The notes beneath the pieces are model-generated. The model worked only from the letters and a program-made list of their open reading frames with translations. It had not been told where the DNA came from and ran no database searches. Source: a virus (Duplodnaviria; Caudoviricetes). From it: a stretch of 29,300 nucleotides of DNA. The DNA is taken from IMG/VR virus record IMGVR_UViG_3300037408_000392, positions 1 through 29,300 of that record, one strand, 5' to 3'. The translations under genes and the position numbers were made by a program. Of this stretch, positions 15,481 to 25,169 are shown piece by piece (positions within the stretch are counted from its first letter, which is position 1; each line of letters starts with the position of its first letter).

Positions 15481-16713
15481 ATGTATCAGGTCAAGGAGCT
15501 CCGCGAGAAGCGGGCGAAGCTGCACGAGGACGCAAAGTCGATCCTGAAGGCGGCGGTCGACGAGAAGCGCGACTCGACCCCCGAGGAGCGGGCCAAGGTC
15601 GACAAGATCTACGCCGACGTCGACGCCCTCAAGGCCGACATCGACCGGCTCGAGAAGGCCGAGGCCGAGGAGCGCGCGCTGGCGGAGTCCGCCGGCCGGA
15701 AGACGGAGACGTTCGTCTCCGACGCTCGCCCCTCCTCCGACATGGCCCTCCGGGCCTGGGTCATGGGCGAGAGGGCGACGGAGGAGCAGCGGGCCGCCGC
15801 GGCCTTCTACGGGATCAACCCGAGGTCGAAGGAGTTCGACCTGCGCGCCCTGACGATCGGCACCACCACGGCCGGCGGCAACTCCGTCCCGAACGAGATG
15901 ATGAGGGCGTTCCTCGAGGTCCAGAAGTGGTACGGGCGCGTCGAGAACCTCGCCACCGTCATCAACACCGAGACGGGCGCGACCCTCCCCTGGCCGACCG
16001 TGGACGACACCAGCAACACCGGCCGGCTGCTCACCGAGGGCACGGGTGCGACGACCACGACCGACCCGTCCTTCGGCGTGGTGAACCTGTCGAGCTACAA
16101 GATGAGCTCGGACGCGGTGATCGTGTCGATGGAGCTGCTGCAGGACTCGTCGATCAACCTGGCGCAGTACCTCGGCTCCGCGCTCGGGACCCGCATCGGG
16201 CGCATCAAGAACACCTACTTCACGACCGGATCGGGCTCCTCGCAGCCCGGCGGCGTGCAGGTGAAGGCGAGCCTCGGGAAGACGGCGAGCGCGACCAACG
16301 CGATCACCCTCGACGAGATCATCGACCTCTACCACGCGGTCGACATCGCGTACCGCAGCGACCCGAGCTTCGCGTTCATGATGAACGACACGGTCGCGGC
16401 CTACGTCCGCAAGCTGAAGGACTCCAACAACCAGTACCTCTGGCAGATGGCCGTCCAGGCGGGCCAGCCCGACCGGCTCTTCGGGGTGCCGGTCATCATC
16501 AACAACGACCAGGACGGCACCTTCGCGACGAACAAGAGGCTCGTGCTCGCCGGCGCGTTCTCGAAGTACGTGGTCCGTATCGCGGGCGGCGTGACGATCG
16601 CCCGCTCGGACGACCTCTACTTCCTGAACCACCAGAGCGTGTTCCTCGGCGTCCAGCGGGTCGACGGTAACCTGGTCGACACGACCGCCGTGAAGTACCT
16701 CCGCACCGCCTAA
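15481..16713 (+). CDS. HK97-fold major capsid protein with N-terminal delta (scaffold) domain
   Basis: GAGGAGG SD and ATG at 15481; coiled-coil N-terminus; GGNSVP, VSMELLQDS, RKLKDSNNQYLWQ, PDRLFGVPV, RVDG. Confidence 0.97.
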   Translation: MYQVKELREKRAKLHEDAKSILKAAVDEKRDSTPEERAKVDKIYADVDALKADIDRLEKAEAEERALAESAGRKTETFVSDARPSSDMALRAWVMGERATEEQRAAAAFYGINPRSKEFDLRALTIGTTTAGGNSVPNEMMRAFLEVQKWYGRVENLATVINTETGATLPWPTVDDTSNTGRLLTEGTGATTTTDPSFGVVNLSSYKMSSDAVIVSMELLQDSSINLAQYLGSALGTRIGRIKNTYFTTGSGSSQPGGVQVKASLGKTASATNAITLDEIIDLYHAVDIAYRSDPSFAFMMNDTVAAYVRKLKDSNNQYLWQMAVQAGQPDRLFGVPVIINNDQDGTFATNKRLVLAGAFSKYVVRIAGGVTIARSDDLYFLNHQSVFLGVQRVDGNLVDTTAVKYLRTA

Positions 16714-16723
16714 CCCTGAGGTG

Positions 16724-16757
16724 CTCCGGGGGGCTGGCGCAGGCCGGTCCCCCGGGG
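16724..16757 (+). terminator. 15-bp hairpin after the capsid gene (terminator/stabiliser)
   Basis: CTCCGGGGGGCTGGC-gcag-GCCGGTCCCCCGGGG, fully paired with G.U; weak U-tract. Confidence 0.65.
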
Positions 16758-16765
16758 TCCTTCGC

Positions 16766-16957
16766 ATGAAGGTCAGAGCCATCACGTCGTTCGTCTCGCC
16801 ACTCGCATCCGCTGTCCCGGGTGAGGTCTTCGACGTCCCGGGCCCGGTGGCCGAGGAGTGGCTGCGGGCCGGCCTCGTCGAACGCGAGTCGCCGGAGGTC
16901 GAGGTCGCCGTGCGTGCGGCGGCCGAGCAGGCCGTGACCAGGAAGGGAAGGCGCTGA
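16766..16957 (+). CDS. Small post-capsid hypothetical protein (63 aa)
   Basis: MKVRAI...PGEVFDVP..VAEEWLRAGLVE, a type often found right after capsid genes. Confidence 0.75.
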   Translation: MKVRAITSFVSPLASAVPGEVFDVPGPVAEEWLRAGLVERESPEVEVAVRAAAEQAVTRKGRR

Positions 16958-16958
16958 A

Positions 16959-17630
16959 GTGAGCCTGTCCGCCTACGCGCTGATCAGCCTGGACGAGCTG
17001 AAGGACCACGTCGGGGCCGGAGGGAACGCGAAAAACTCCGTGCTCGAGGACATCATCAACCGCGTCACCGACGAGATCGAGGCCCACCTCGACCGGCGCC
17101 TCGTCTGCCCCGTGGGCGACTCCGTGCGCGGGACGCTGACGGAGTACCACACGTTGCGCTCGGACGGCTGGCCGTGGCTCACGCACGAGCTATGGACGCT
17201 CGAACGCCCCATCCGGGCCGTGACCAGCGTGCACGAGGACACCGCCTCACCCCGGACCTACGGATCGGGAGCCCTCCTCGTCGAGGGGACGGGCTACGAG
17301 GTCATCAAGCCGAAGGGGCTCATCCGGCGGATCTCGGGGCTCGGCGAGCTCGCCACCTGGAGCACCGCGCACCGGGCGATCAAGGTCGTCTACACCGCCG
17401 GCTACGCCACCGCCGACACCGTCCCCGCGGCGATCAAGGGGGTGGCGCTGCGGTACGCCGCGCTCCTGTGGGACGAGCAGAAGCGCGGGGCGTTCGGGGT
17501 GTCGGGGGCGAGCGACGCCCTCGGGAACTACACCCGCTTCGCCGCGGCGCAGCTCACATCCGACATGAAGGCCGCTTTGTCCTCCGAGCGGCGGAACACG
17601 TTCTGGACGTCCGGGGAGCGCGACTCGTGA
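16959..17630 (+). CDS. Head-tail connector/adaptor (HK97 gp6/SPP1 gp15-like) with an inserted beta domain
   Basis: LISLDELKDHV...IEAHLDRRL N-terminus and IKVVYTAGY...VPAAIK C-terminus. Confidence 0.85.
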   Translation: MSLSAYALISLDELKDHVGAGGNAKNSVLEDIINRVTDEIEAHLDRRLVCPVGDSVRGTLTEYHTLRSDGWPWLTHELWTLERPIRAVTSVHEDTASPRTYGSGALLVEGTGYEVIKPKGLIRRISGLGELATWSTAHRAIKVVYTAGYATADTVPAAIKGVALRYAALLWDEQKRGAFGVSGASDALGNYTRFAAAQLTSDMKAALSSERRNTFWTSGERDS

Positions 17631-18268
17631 GCGACACCCTGACCGTCACGCAGGGGATCGCGCGGCTACGAGCGTTCGGCGAGGACCACTTCGTGAAGGC
17701 CGTGCGGGCGGCCATCCAGCGGGCCATGGGCCGCGGGCGGACCCGGGCTGCGCAGATCCTGAAGAAGAGCACGGTCGGCCAGGCCGTGTCACGCCGCGGG
17801 CGGGTCCGGGCCCGTCTGGCCCGGGGGGGCTACTTCGGGCGCAAGGCCACCCGCACGGAACTCTCGGCCATTCGGAAGAACGTGATTCCCCTGATCGTCA
17901 CTCGGTCGAAGGTGCGGGAGCGACTCGACTTTGCCAAGGGTACCAGGTCGTGGTCCTCCGGCCTCGAGACCAGAGGCTTCGCGGCACTCATCGAGACTGG
18001 CGGGCGAACGAAGTCGCATCCGATTAAGCCGCTCCGGGCCGAGGGCTACAGCCGGAAGCGCGCCGTCGCCGCGGCGCAGCTCGCCGCCGCCGGGCGCCTG
18101 ACGTTCCCGATCGGGGGGCGCTGGGTGTCGCCGAAGATCGTCACCCACCCCGGGAGCCGGGTGCCCCGAAACCCCTTCATCGCGTCGGGCGCCGCCCACG
18201 CGCAGGAGCAGCTCGAGCCGCAGCTCGAGCAGGGCATCTCGGACGCCGTGAAGAAGGCGGGGCTCTGA
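17627..18268 (+). CDS. HK97 gp10-like neck/tail-completion protein (highly basic)
   Basis: FAALIETGGRT..H.IKP, VTHPG...NPFI; GTG at 17627 overlaps the connector stop. Confidence 0.75.
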   Translation: MSDTLTVTQGIARLRAFGEDHFVKAVRAAIQRAMGRGRTRAAQILKKSTVGQAVSRRGRVRARLARGGYFGRKATRTELSAIRKNVIPLIVTRSKVRERLDFAKGTRSWSSGLETRGFAALIETGGRTKSHPIKPLRAEGYSRKRAVAAAQLAAAGRLTFPIGGRWVSPKIVTHPGSRVPRNPFIASGAAHAQEQLEPQLEQGISDAVKKAGL

Positions 18269-18269
18269 C

Positions 18270-18776
18270 GTGGCCGAGAGCCTGCACCACCAGATCGCCG
18301 AGGCCCTGAAGGCCCGCTTCGCGGCGATCGTCGGGGACAACGGGACGACCTACTGGTACAGCCCCGACCGGGTGGTCCGGGTGCAGGCCTGGGACCGGCT
18401 GATCGCGGACCCCACGGTCGGGTGCGTCTACGGCCTCCGGGCCGGCGAGGAGCGCCACCGGGAGGAGGGCACGGGGGCGCCGTCGAGCGGAGGCCAGGTC
18501 GGCGCCGAGGCCGAGTTCTGGGTGCTCATGCTGCGCCCCACCGCAGCCGTCGACGAGAGCCCCTTCGGCGAGGACGCGAGCGTGAAGGCCACGGAGCAGG
18601 ACCGCATGGTTCGGGACTTCCTCCGGGCGCTGTGGCTCGACGTGACCCTCGGCGGGCTGGCGTCGAACGTAGCGGACGGGTCGCTGGTGATCGACCGCGA
18701 CGTGGACGTCGAAGGCTGGGCCGTGGTCGAGGCGCGCTTCACGGTGCTCTACAGCTACCCGGCGAGGACCCCGTGA
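18270..18776 (+). CDS. Tail terminator (lambda U/SPP1 gp17-like)
   Basis: Size and position before the tail tube; acidic; DVTLGGLA motif. Confidence 0.7.
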   Translation: MAESLHHQIAEALKARFAAIVGDNGTTYWYSPDRVVRVQAWDRLIADPTVGCVYGLRAGEERHREEGTGAPSSGGQVGAEAEFWVLMLRPTAAVDESPFGEDASVKATEQDRMVRDFLRALWLDVTLGGLASNVADGSLVIDRDVDVEGWAVVEARFTVLYSYPARTP

Positions 18777-18928
18777 GCGACGAGGACGAGGACCTCGTGA
18801 TCGCGCAGGAGCCCCAGGCCCCCGAGCCGGGTCGGCTCGCGACGCTGGGGGAGATCCTCGAGGCCCATCACCGGCGCTTCGTCGAGAAGGTGCGGCGGCG
18901 CCGCCAGGAAGAGGAGCAGGACGAATGA
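18773..18928 (+). CDS. Small charged hypothetical protein (51 aa)
   Basis: GTGA and ATGA overlaps at both ends. Confidence 0.55.
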   Translation: MSDEDEDLVIAQEPQAPEPGRLATLGEILEAHHRRFVEKVRRRRQEEEQDE

Positions 18929-19089
18929 AGGTCGAGTGCAAGGTCGACGGCTACCACCCGGCCACGGGGCTCGACCTCGTCGCCGGCGACATGGAGGTGA
19001 CGGAGGAGCAGGCCGCCGCGCTCGAGGCCGCCGGGCTCGCCGTCCCGAAGAAGACGCGGGCCACGAAGCCCGAGAAGAAGGAGGAGTAG
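18925..19089 (+). CDS. Small hypothetical protein (54 aa, MKVECKVDGYHP...KKEE)
   Basis: GAGGAG SD, ATG at 18925, TAG directly abutting the tail tube ATG; strong codon bias; absent from the ORF track. Confidence 0.75.
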   Translation: MKVECKVDGYHPATGLDLVAGDMEVTEEQAAALEAAGLAVPKKTRATKPEKKEE

Positions 19090-20157
19090 ATGGCTCGCGC
19101 GAAGGGCTTCCAGGGCATCGTCGGCCGCAAGAAGGGCACGACGTGGAACACGGCCGTCGTCCCGGCCGCCGCCGACGGGATCGAGGTCGTCTCGATCGTC
19201 CCCTCCGGCGGGACGGCGCTGATCGAGGACCAGCAGATCACCGGGCGGGTCACGCAGCGCGAGGCGCAGGCCGGCGTCAAGAACGTGACCGTCACCCTAC
19301 GGACGGGCCTGCGCTACGAGGGCAACGGCCACGACATCGCGATGGTCATGGGCACGGCCGGCGTCCCGTCGACCGTCGACACGACGGGCAAGCTCCACGT
19401 GTTCAAGATCAAGGACTCGCTCGACGGCATCTTCAACACGGTCGCCTACGAGTCCATGAAGGACACGAAGGTCGAGGAGCTGGCGTCGGTGAAGTGGAAC
19501 CGGCTCACCCTGCGCGGCCGGGCCGGCGAGCGCGTCGAGCTGGAGTGCCAGGGCATCGCCTCCAACTGGAAGGACGACTCGGCGTCGAACACGACGACCA
19601 GCATCGACTCCATCACGCTCACGGCCACGCGGGAGTACGCGCTCGTCCACCAGGCCGTGCTCCTCATGAACGCGCAGTCGGGCGGCGCCCTTGCGGCCGG
19701 GGACGCGGTCTACATCTCCGGCTTCGAGGTCACGATCGAGCGAGGCATGGACGCGCGCTTCTCGACGGCCGGCGGGCAGGTCACCGACGAGCCCATCGAG
19801 AGCGGATTCCTGAAGGTGTCCGGGTCGTTCGACTTCCCGGCGCTGCAGGACGGGACGGGCGGGAACGCCGTTTTCCTCGCCGAGCAGATGGCCGCCACGG
19901 CGAAGAAGGCGACGCTCACGATCACCAGCCCCAACCTCGCCGGCTCGGCCACGGAGTACTACAAGCACAAGCTGTGGTTCCCGTACCTGCAGTTCGGCGA
20001 GGCGAAGGTCGGCATCCCGGGCCCCGGCGGGCCCACCTGGTCGATCCCGTTCATGGCGTGGCATGTCACGACCATCCCCACGGGCTTCACCAGCGGCTAC
20101 CTCGACGCGGTCACGTGGGAGAACAGCAACAGGCTCGCGACGGACGTGCTGGCGTAA
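19090..20157 (+). CDS. Major tail (tube) protein
   Basis: Position between terminator and chaperone/TMP; 355 aa, T/G-rich, highly biased codons; VSGSFDF motif. Confidence 0.85.
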   Translation: MARAKGFQGIVGRKKGTTWNTAVVPAAADGIEVVSIVPSGGTALIEDQQITGRVTQREAQAGVKNVTVTLRTGLRYEGNGHDIAMVMGTAGVPSTVDTTGKLHVFKIKDSLDGIFNTVAYESMKDTKVEELASVKWNRLTLRGRAGERVELECQGIASNWKDDSASNTTTSIDSITLTATREYALVHQAVLLMNAQSGGALAAGDAVYISGFEVTIERGMDARFSTAGGQVTDEPIESGFLKVSGSFDFPALQDGTGGNAVFLAEQMAATAKKATLTITSPNLAGSATEYYKHKLWFPYLQFGEAKVGIPGPGGPTWSIPFMAWHVTTIPTGFTSGYLDAVTWENSNRLATDVLA

Positions 20158-20170
20158 CCGAGGAACTCGC

Positions 20171-20202
20171 GGGCACGCGCGCCGGGAGGCAGCTCGTCGC
20201 CC
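20171..20202 (+). promoter_or_regulatory. Bulged hairpin with GGGA (GNRA) tetraloop after the tail tube gene
   Basis: GGGC-ACG-c-GC-GCC-ggga-GGC-a-GC-t-CGT-c-GCCC. Confidence 0.4.
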
Positions 20203-20221
20203 CATCTTGGAGGAACACCGG

Positions 20222-20704
20222 ATGACGTTGAGGTTCTACGCGGCGACGGACACGGACCCCGGCGAGTGGTTCGTCTGGCGGGAGGAGGCCGGCGCGAAGC
20301 TCGAGGTGAAGGTGCGCCGCCTCCCCCCCGTCGAGGACCGCCGGATCGACCTGAAGCACTTCGGCCGGAAGCGGCAGATCACGTACTCGAAGAAGGGGGC
20401 CGTGCAGGACCTCGACCTGCAGGCCTCCGACAAGGCGAACCGCGAGAAGGCCGCCTACTGCATGGTCGAGACCCGCGGCTTCGAGCTCGAGGTGGCTGGC
20501 CCCGAGGCGGCCGAGCGCCTGACGGGCCTGCTCGGGAAGCCGGTCGCCGTCGGGCAGGCCGTGCAGCTCGACGGCCGGTGGACGGACGACCTGAAGGACC
20601 TCGTCTTCGGCGGCCTGCCGGAGCTCGTCGACTGGATCGGCGGGCGCGCGCGGGCGCTGTCGGGCCGGGACGAGGAGGAGGAGCAGGAGGCGTCGGGAAA
20701 CTGA
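20222..20704 (+). CDS. Tail assembly chaperone (lambda G-like)
   Basis: GGAGG SD and ATG at 20222; lies between tail tube and TMP; ends in the slippery site G GGA AAC TGA. Confidence 0.85.
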   Translation: MTLRFYAATDTDPGEWFVWREEAGAKLEVKVRRLPPVEDRRIDLKHFGRKRQITYSKKGAVQDLDLQASDKANREKAAYCMVETRGFELEVAGPEAAERLTGLLGKPVAVGQAVQLDGRWTDDLKDLVFGGLPELVDWIGGRARALSGRDEEEEQEASGN

Positions 20705-21177
20705 CCGCCTGGGTGGCCTACCGCCTGGGCCACCCAGGACTGAGCGAGGAGCGGTGCCGGAGCTGCAAGATGCTGGGAGGCGTAACGATCGAGAGCGAGG
20801 CCCAGGCCCGCACCTTCACGGCGGCGATGCGCGCGTCGCCCGCGTCGTGGACCCCCCGGGACCTCGACCCGGCGCCGCTCCGTATCGGGGAGACGCTCGA
20901 CCTCGAGCCGTGCGTGGGCCCCGCGTACGAGGCGCAGTTCGGGCGTGAGTGCCCGCGGGTGGAGCTGTGGCCCGAGAACGAGCCCGCGGCCGAGCTCGTC
21001 TTCGCCGTCCTCCCCGAGCACACGCGCGCGCTCCTGCCGGCCTACGTGGACGCGATCACGGCGCCGCTGGACGCTGACGCGGGCCGCGCGGTCGTCGTGC
21101 GGGCGATGAGGGCGCTGCACGGCGAGGCCGTCGCGAACTGGCTGCGCGCGCAGTACCAGCGCGAGGAGGACGCTTGA
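20222..21177 (+). CDS. Frameshifted chaperone (lambda GT-like), made by a -1 shift at 20695-20701
   Basis: The -1 frame (...GKLTAWVAYRLG...QREEDA) is open from the slippery site to 21177 with typical codon usage and no good independent start. Confidence 0.8.
20695..20738 (+). promoter_or_regulatory. Programmed -1 ribosomal frameshift signal (GGGAAAC + 6-nt spacer + hairpin)
   Basis: X XXY YYZ heptamer; perfect 11-bp stem CCTGGGTGGCC/GGCCACCCAGG at 20708-20738. Confidence 0.85.
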
Positions 21178-23816
21178 TCATCAAGGTCCCGATCGAGGTC
21201 ACCCAGACCGGCGAAGGGCTGAAGGCCACGGTCGCCGGCCTACAGGAGGTCGAGCGTCAGGCGACGAAGGCGAAGTCGAGCTCGGACAAGCTGTCCGCGT
21301 CCATCAAGGGGTGGGCGACGGGGCTCGTGTCGGTCGCCGCCGTCCGACAGATCGGCATCGAACTGCAGGAGGCCTCGAACTGGGCCCGCGACCTGAATAA
21401 GGCCGTCCAGCAGACGGGGCTGTCCCGCACGTCGCTGCAGCAACTGCAGAAGAGCGCCCAGGGGCTGGGCTACGATGTGACGTCCGTGACCGAGCTCATG
21501 ACGAAGATGCAGCGGGCCGTGTCTGGGCTCTCGGCCGAAGGGGCGAATAAGCTCGGCCTGTCCTTCGAGAAGATCAAGAACCTCGCCCCCGAGGAGCAGC
21601 TCGAGGCGCTCGCTCGGCAGGTCATGAACGTGCGCGACCCGACCGACCGGGCGGCGATGGCGATGGCGGTGTTCGGCGAGCAGGGGGCCAAGCTGATCCC
21701 ACTGCTCGAGGAGATTTCCTCGGGCGCCTACAAGATGAACGCCGCCCTCGGCGACGACACGGTGGACTCGCTCGCGAAGTCGGAGAAGAAGATCACGGAG
21801 CTCACGCAGAAGTGGGAGGACGCGAAGCGGTCCCTGCTGGCGACGTTCGCGGACCTCCTGCCGTACGCGGAGAAGCTCGCGTGGCTGTGGTCCCCCGGGT
21901 CGGCCTCGGAGATGGGGCAGGGCATCTCGAACCGCATGCGGGGCACGCAGCTCATGGTGCAGCCGGGGAAGTACCGCGGCTTCCAGATGCCGTCGGCCGC
22001 GGACTTCCTCGACCCTTCCGGGCTTTCGCTGGGAATCGAAACGGCCGCCCAAAAGGCGGCGGTGCAGGCATACCAGCGGGACCAGGCGGAGGCGACGGCG
22101 CGCCAGAAGGCGGCGGCGAAGGAGCTGCTCGACCTCGAGCGCGAGCGGATGAAGGCGCAGATCAGCATCGTCTCCGGCCGCGACGACGAGGCTGCGGCGA
22201 TGCGCGAGATCGCCGAGCTGGCGGATCGGCTGGCGCTTCAGCAGGAGCAGATCGAGGCATCCCGGCTCCAGGCCCTCCGCGGGACACGGCTCCGCGAGGG
22301 CGACATGCTCCCCTCGGTCGGGGGATCGGGGCTCTGGACGCGGTACCAGGACGTGATCGACCAGGAGCTCGAGAACGCGGGGGAGGCGGCGAACGAAGCG
22401 GCGAAAGCCACGGCGGACTGGTCCGGCTCCCTGAATACTCTGGCGAATCAGCTCGCGAACCTCGCCCAGGTGACGGGCGGCTTCACGGGGAAGCTCCTCG
22501 GGATGCTGTCGGCGATGAGCTCGGGTGCCGGGGGCATCCTGTCCGGGCTTTCCGGGTGGAAGGACGCCGGGAAGATGGGCGGCCTCAGCGGCTTCCTGGG
22601 CAAGCTGTCCTCGGGGCTCGGGATCGTGGGCTCGGCCGTGGGGCTCGTCGGTGGGCTCGTGGGCGGCATCAAGTCGCTCTTCGGCGGGAAGTCGAAGGAA
22701 GAGAGAGCGGCCGAGGAGGCGGCGAAGCGGCAGCGGGAGGAGGAGCGCAAGGCGGCCATCGAGGAAGCCCGGCGGCTGAAGATCGAGGGGCTGAAGAGCG
22801 CCCAGGCCGCGGCCGAGAGCCTCATGGACCGGATGGCGAAGGGGGGCCTGAGCGAGGGGCTGACGGCCTCGCTGGGGACCCTCATCGGGAAGGTGCAGGA
22901 GGCGCTCCTGAAGAGCGGCCTCGGCTACATGGCGACCCCGGGCCTGCGCGAGTCCGAAGCCTTCATGGGCGCGCAGGGGATGGCCGGTGACATCGCCCAG
23001 CTCCTCGCCGGGATGCGGGCCGGCGGGGCCCTCGACTCCGGGCTGCTGGCCGCCGCGGGCGCCTCCGCGGAGGAGCTCCGGGCCCAGGCCCAGACCGCGG
23101 CCGAGGAGGCCGGCATGGCGCCGGCCGACGCCGTGAAGGCGGGCTTCGGCGCCATCGCGCCGCTCCTGAAGGAGCAGCTCAACGCCGCGCTCGCCTCGGG
23201 GCAGGAGCTCGACGCGAACACCCGCGCCCTCATCGAGGAGGCGAAGAAGAACGGGATCAACATCGTCGCCGACCCGATGGTCGAGAGCGTGGCCGTCCAG
23301 AAGGACATGCTGAAGGAGCTGAAGCACATGAACGGCCGCGGGGGCGGCGTGCCCGACGAGAGCTTCGCCTCGGGCACCTTCGGCCTCCGGGTCGTGAAGC
23401 GGGACATGCTCGCCCAGATCCACGAGGGCGAGGGCTTCATGGTGGTCCCGAAGGACAAGATGGGCCGCGGGGTGTTCGGCTCCTTCGCGCGTGGCACGGA
23501 CGATCCCGACCGCGAGGGCGGCGGCGGCGGCCGGATTCCGGGAGGCGGCGGTGGGCCCTCCGGCCCGGCGCCGAGTTCCGGCGGCGGCACGGCGGGCGAG
23601 ATCGCGGTCGAGGTCCGGCGCCTGGCGCGCGAGGTCCGGCGCCGGCCGACCGAGGCCGTCACCCAGGTCTTTCAGCCCACCTTCAAGCTCGACCCGCTGC
23701 AGACGGTGGAGTCCCGGGAGGAGCTCGGGCGCACGCTCACGGACCAGTTCCTGCGGGACCTGCGGAACAACCCGACGGTGCAGTACGCCGTCCAGCGGGC
23801 GGCGGGGACCCGGTAG
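21174..23816 (+). CDS. Tape measure protein
   Basis: 880 aa, helical A/L/G/E-rich; AMAVFGEQGAKLIPLL; C-terminal FASG...AQIHEGE motif; TTG start with GAGGAGG SD. Confidence 0.92.
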   Translation: MIIKVPIEVTQTGEGLKATVAGLQEVERQATKAKSSSDKLSASIKGWATGLVSVAAVRQIGIELQEASNWARDLNKAVQQTGLSRTSLQQLQKSAQGLGYDVTSVTELMTKMQRAVSGLSAEGANKLGLSFEKIKNLAPEEQLEALARQVMNVRDPTDRAAMAMAVFGEQGAKLIPLLEEISSGAYKMNAALGDDTVDSLAKSEKKITELTQKWEDAKRSLLATFADLLPYAEKLAWLWSPGSASEMGQGISNRMRGTQLMVQPGKYRGFQMPSAADFLDPSGLSLGIETAAQKAAVQAYQRDQAEATARQKAAAKELLDLERERMKAQISIVSGRDDEAAAMREIAELADRLALQQEQIEASRLQALRGTRLREGDMLPSVGGSGLWTRYQDVIDQELENAGEAANEAAKATADWSGSLNTLANQLANLAQVTGGFTGKLLGMLSAMSSGAGGILSGLSGWKDAGKMGGLSGFLGKLSSGLGIVGSAVGLVGGLVGGIKSLFGGKSKEERAAEEAAKRQREEERKAAIEEARRLKIEGLKSAQAAAESLMDRMAKGGLSEGLTASLGTLIGKVQEALLKSGLGYMATPGLRESEAFMGAQGMAGDIAQLLAGMRAGGALDSGLLAAAGASAEELRAQAQTAAEEAGMAPADAVKAGFGAIAPLLKEQLNAALASGQELDANTRALIEEAKKNGINIVADPMVESVAVQKDMLKELKHMNGRGGGVPDESFASGTFGLRVVKRDMLAQIHEGEGFMVVPKDKMGRGVFGSFARGTDDPDREGGGGGRIPGGGGGPSGPAPSSGGGTAGEIAVEVRRLAREVRRRPTEAVTQVFQPTFKLDPLQTVESREELGRTLTDQFLRDLRNNPTVQYAVQRAAGTR

Positions 23817-23818
23817 GG

Positions 23819-25168
23819 ATGGCCCAGACCGCCGCCTTCAAGGCCCTCGCGCGCTCCGCGACGCCCGTCTTCGCGCCGGTGCTCGAGGTGACGTGGGCCG
23901 GGTACGGGACGCGCCGGTACGTGTCCGTGGGGGCCGGGGCGATGGGGCACGACAACCGCGTGCTCGAGGCCGGCTGGGGCCCGGTGCAGCCGGCGATCTC
24001 CGAGAGCTCGCCGCAGCTCGGCCGGGTCGCCACGACCGTCCGCCTCGCGAACACCGACCGGGCGCTCGACGCCGTGCTCATGGGGGCCTACGAGCAGCGC
24101 CGCGCGGTGGCCCGGATCTACCGGGCCTCGCCCCTTCTGGCCGAGGCCGACTGGGACACGCGCTTCGTCGGGATCGTGGACGGCTGGACGTTCGGCCCCG
24201 GCGACGTGACCCTGTCGCTGACCACGGACGCGCTGAAGCTCGAGGGCTACTCGCCGAAGATCCCGATCCTGAAGGCCGAGTTCGGCTCGGCGCCGACGCG
24301 CTCCCTCGGGAAGTTCATGCCCCTGCTCTTCGGGGAGTTCAACTCCTCGGGCATCGGCACGGGCCTCCTCGAGGCGATCCCCGTCAACTGGAGCTCCGGG
24401 ACGACCGGCTGGTACCTGTGCTGCCAGGGCGTCGCGAAGGCCGTCACGTCCGTCTGGGTCGGGAGCACGCTGAAGACCCTCACCACGCACTACACGGTCG
24501 ACTACGCCTACTCCGCCGGGGGCCGGATCTGCACGCTGATCAAGTTCACCGCGGGGAACATCCCGGGCGAGACGGACGCGGTCTACTTCGACGCGCAGGG
24601 GTACACCGCGGACGGGACCACGAGCGGCAACCTGATCACCAACCCGGCCGAGATCCTGTGGACCTTCCTCGACCAGTTCGTCTACTCCGACCAGCGGACG
24701 TGGACGAACTTCGGCTTCGACAAGGGCAACGCCCCGGTGAACGCGGCGAGCTTCACCGCGGCGGGCGCCCTCTTCGACCGCTACGGGATCAAGGCCAGCC
24801 GCTACATCGGCGGCTCGACGTCCCAGTCCCGGAACGAGGACCTCGTGAACGAGTTCCTCGACTCGATCGGCTGGATGCGGGCCTACTGGTCGAACGCCGG
24901 CGAGCTCTGCCTGACGGACCTGCTCCCGGTGAGCCCCGACTACCCGGACAGCTCGAGCGTCGTCTGGGACGCCCGCCAGGGCGGCGAGCTCGAGCCCCTC
25001 ACGTTCGCCACCGACTCCTACCAGATCCGGCGCCGCACGACGACGTCCTTCCTCGACTCGCCGAAGGACGGCCGGCAGATGTTCTCGCTCGACGTGCAGG
25101 ACCTCAACGTCGACGAGGACACGGTGGTGAACGCCGCGGCCCCGTGGATCGCGAGCAAGGCCACCTGA
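23819..25168 (+). CDS. Tail-tip hub-like protein (N-terminal part)
   Basis: Immediately after the TMP; GKFMPLLFG and LITNPAEIL motifs typical of siphophage hub/Tal-like proteins. Confidence 0.7.
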   Translation: MAQTAAFKALARSATPVFAPVLEVTWAGYGTRRYVSVGAGAMGHDNRVLEAGWGPVQPAISESSPQLGRVATTVRLANTDRALDAVLMGAYEQRRAVARIYRASPLLAEADWDTRFVGIVDGWTFGPGDVTLSLTTDALKLEGYSPKIPILKAEFGSAPTRSLGKFMPLLFGEFNSSGIGTGLLEAIPVNWSSGTTGWYLCCQGVAKAVTSVWVGSTLKTLTTHYTVDYAYSAGGRICTLIKFTAGNIPGETDAVYFDAQGYTADGTTSGNLITNPAEILWTFLDQFVYSDQRTWTNFGFDKGNAPVNAASFTAAGALFDRYGIKASRYIGGSTSQSRNEDLVNEFLDSIGWMRAYWSNAGELCLTDLLPVSPDYPDSSSVVWDARQGGELEPLTFATDSYQIRRRTTTSFLDSPKDGRQMFSLDVQDLNVDEDTVVNAAAPWIASKAT

Positions 25169-25169
25169 C

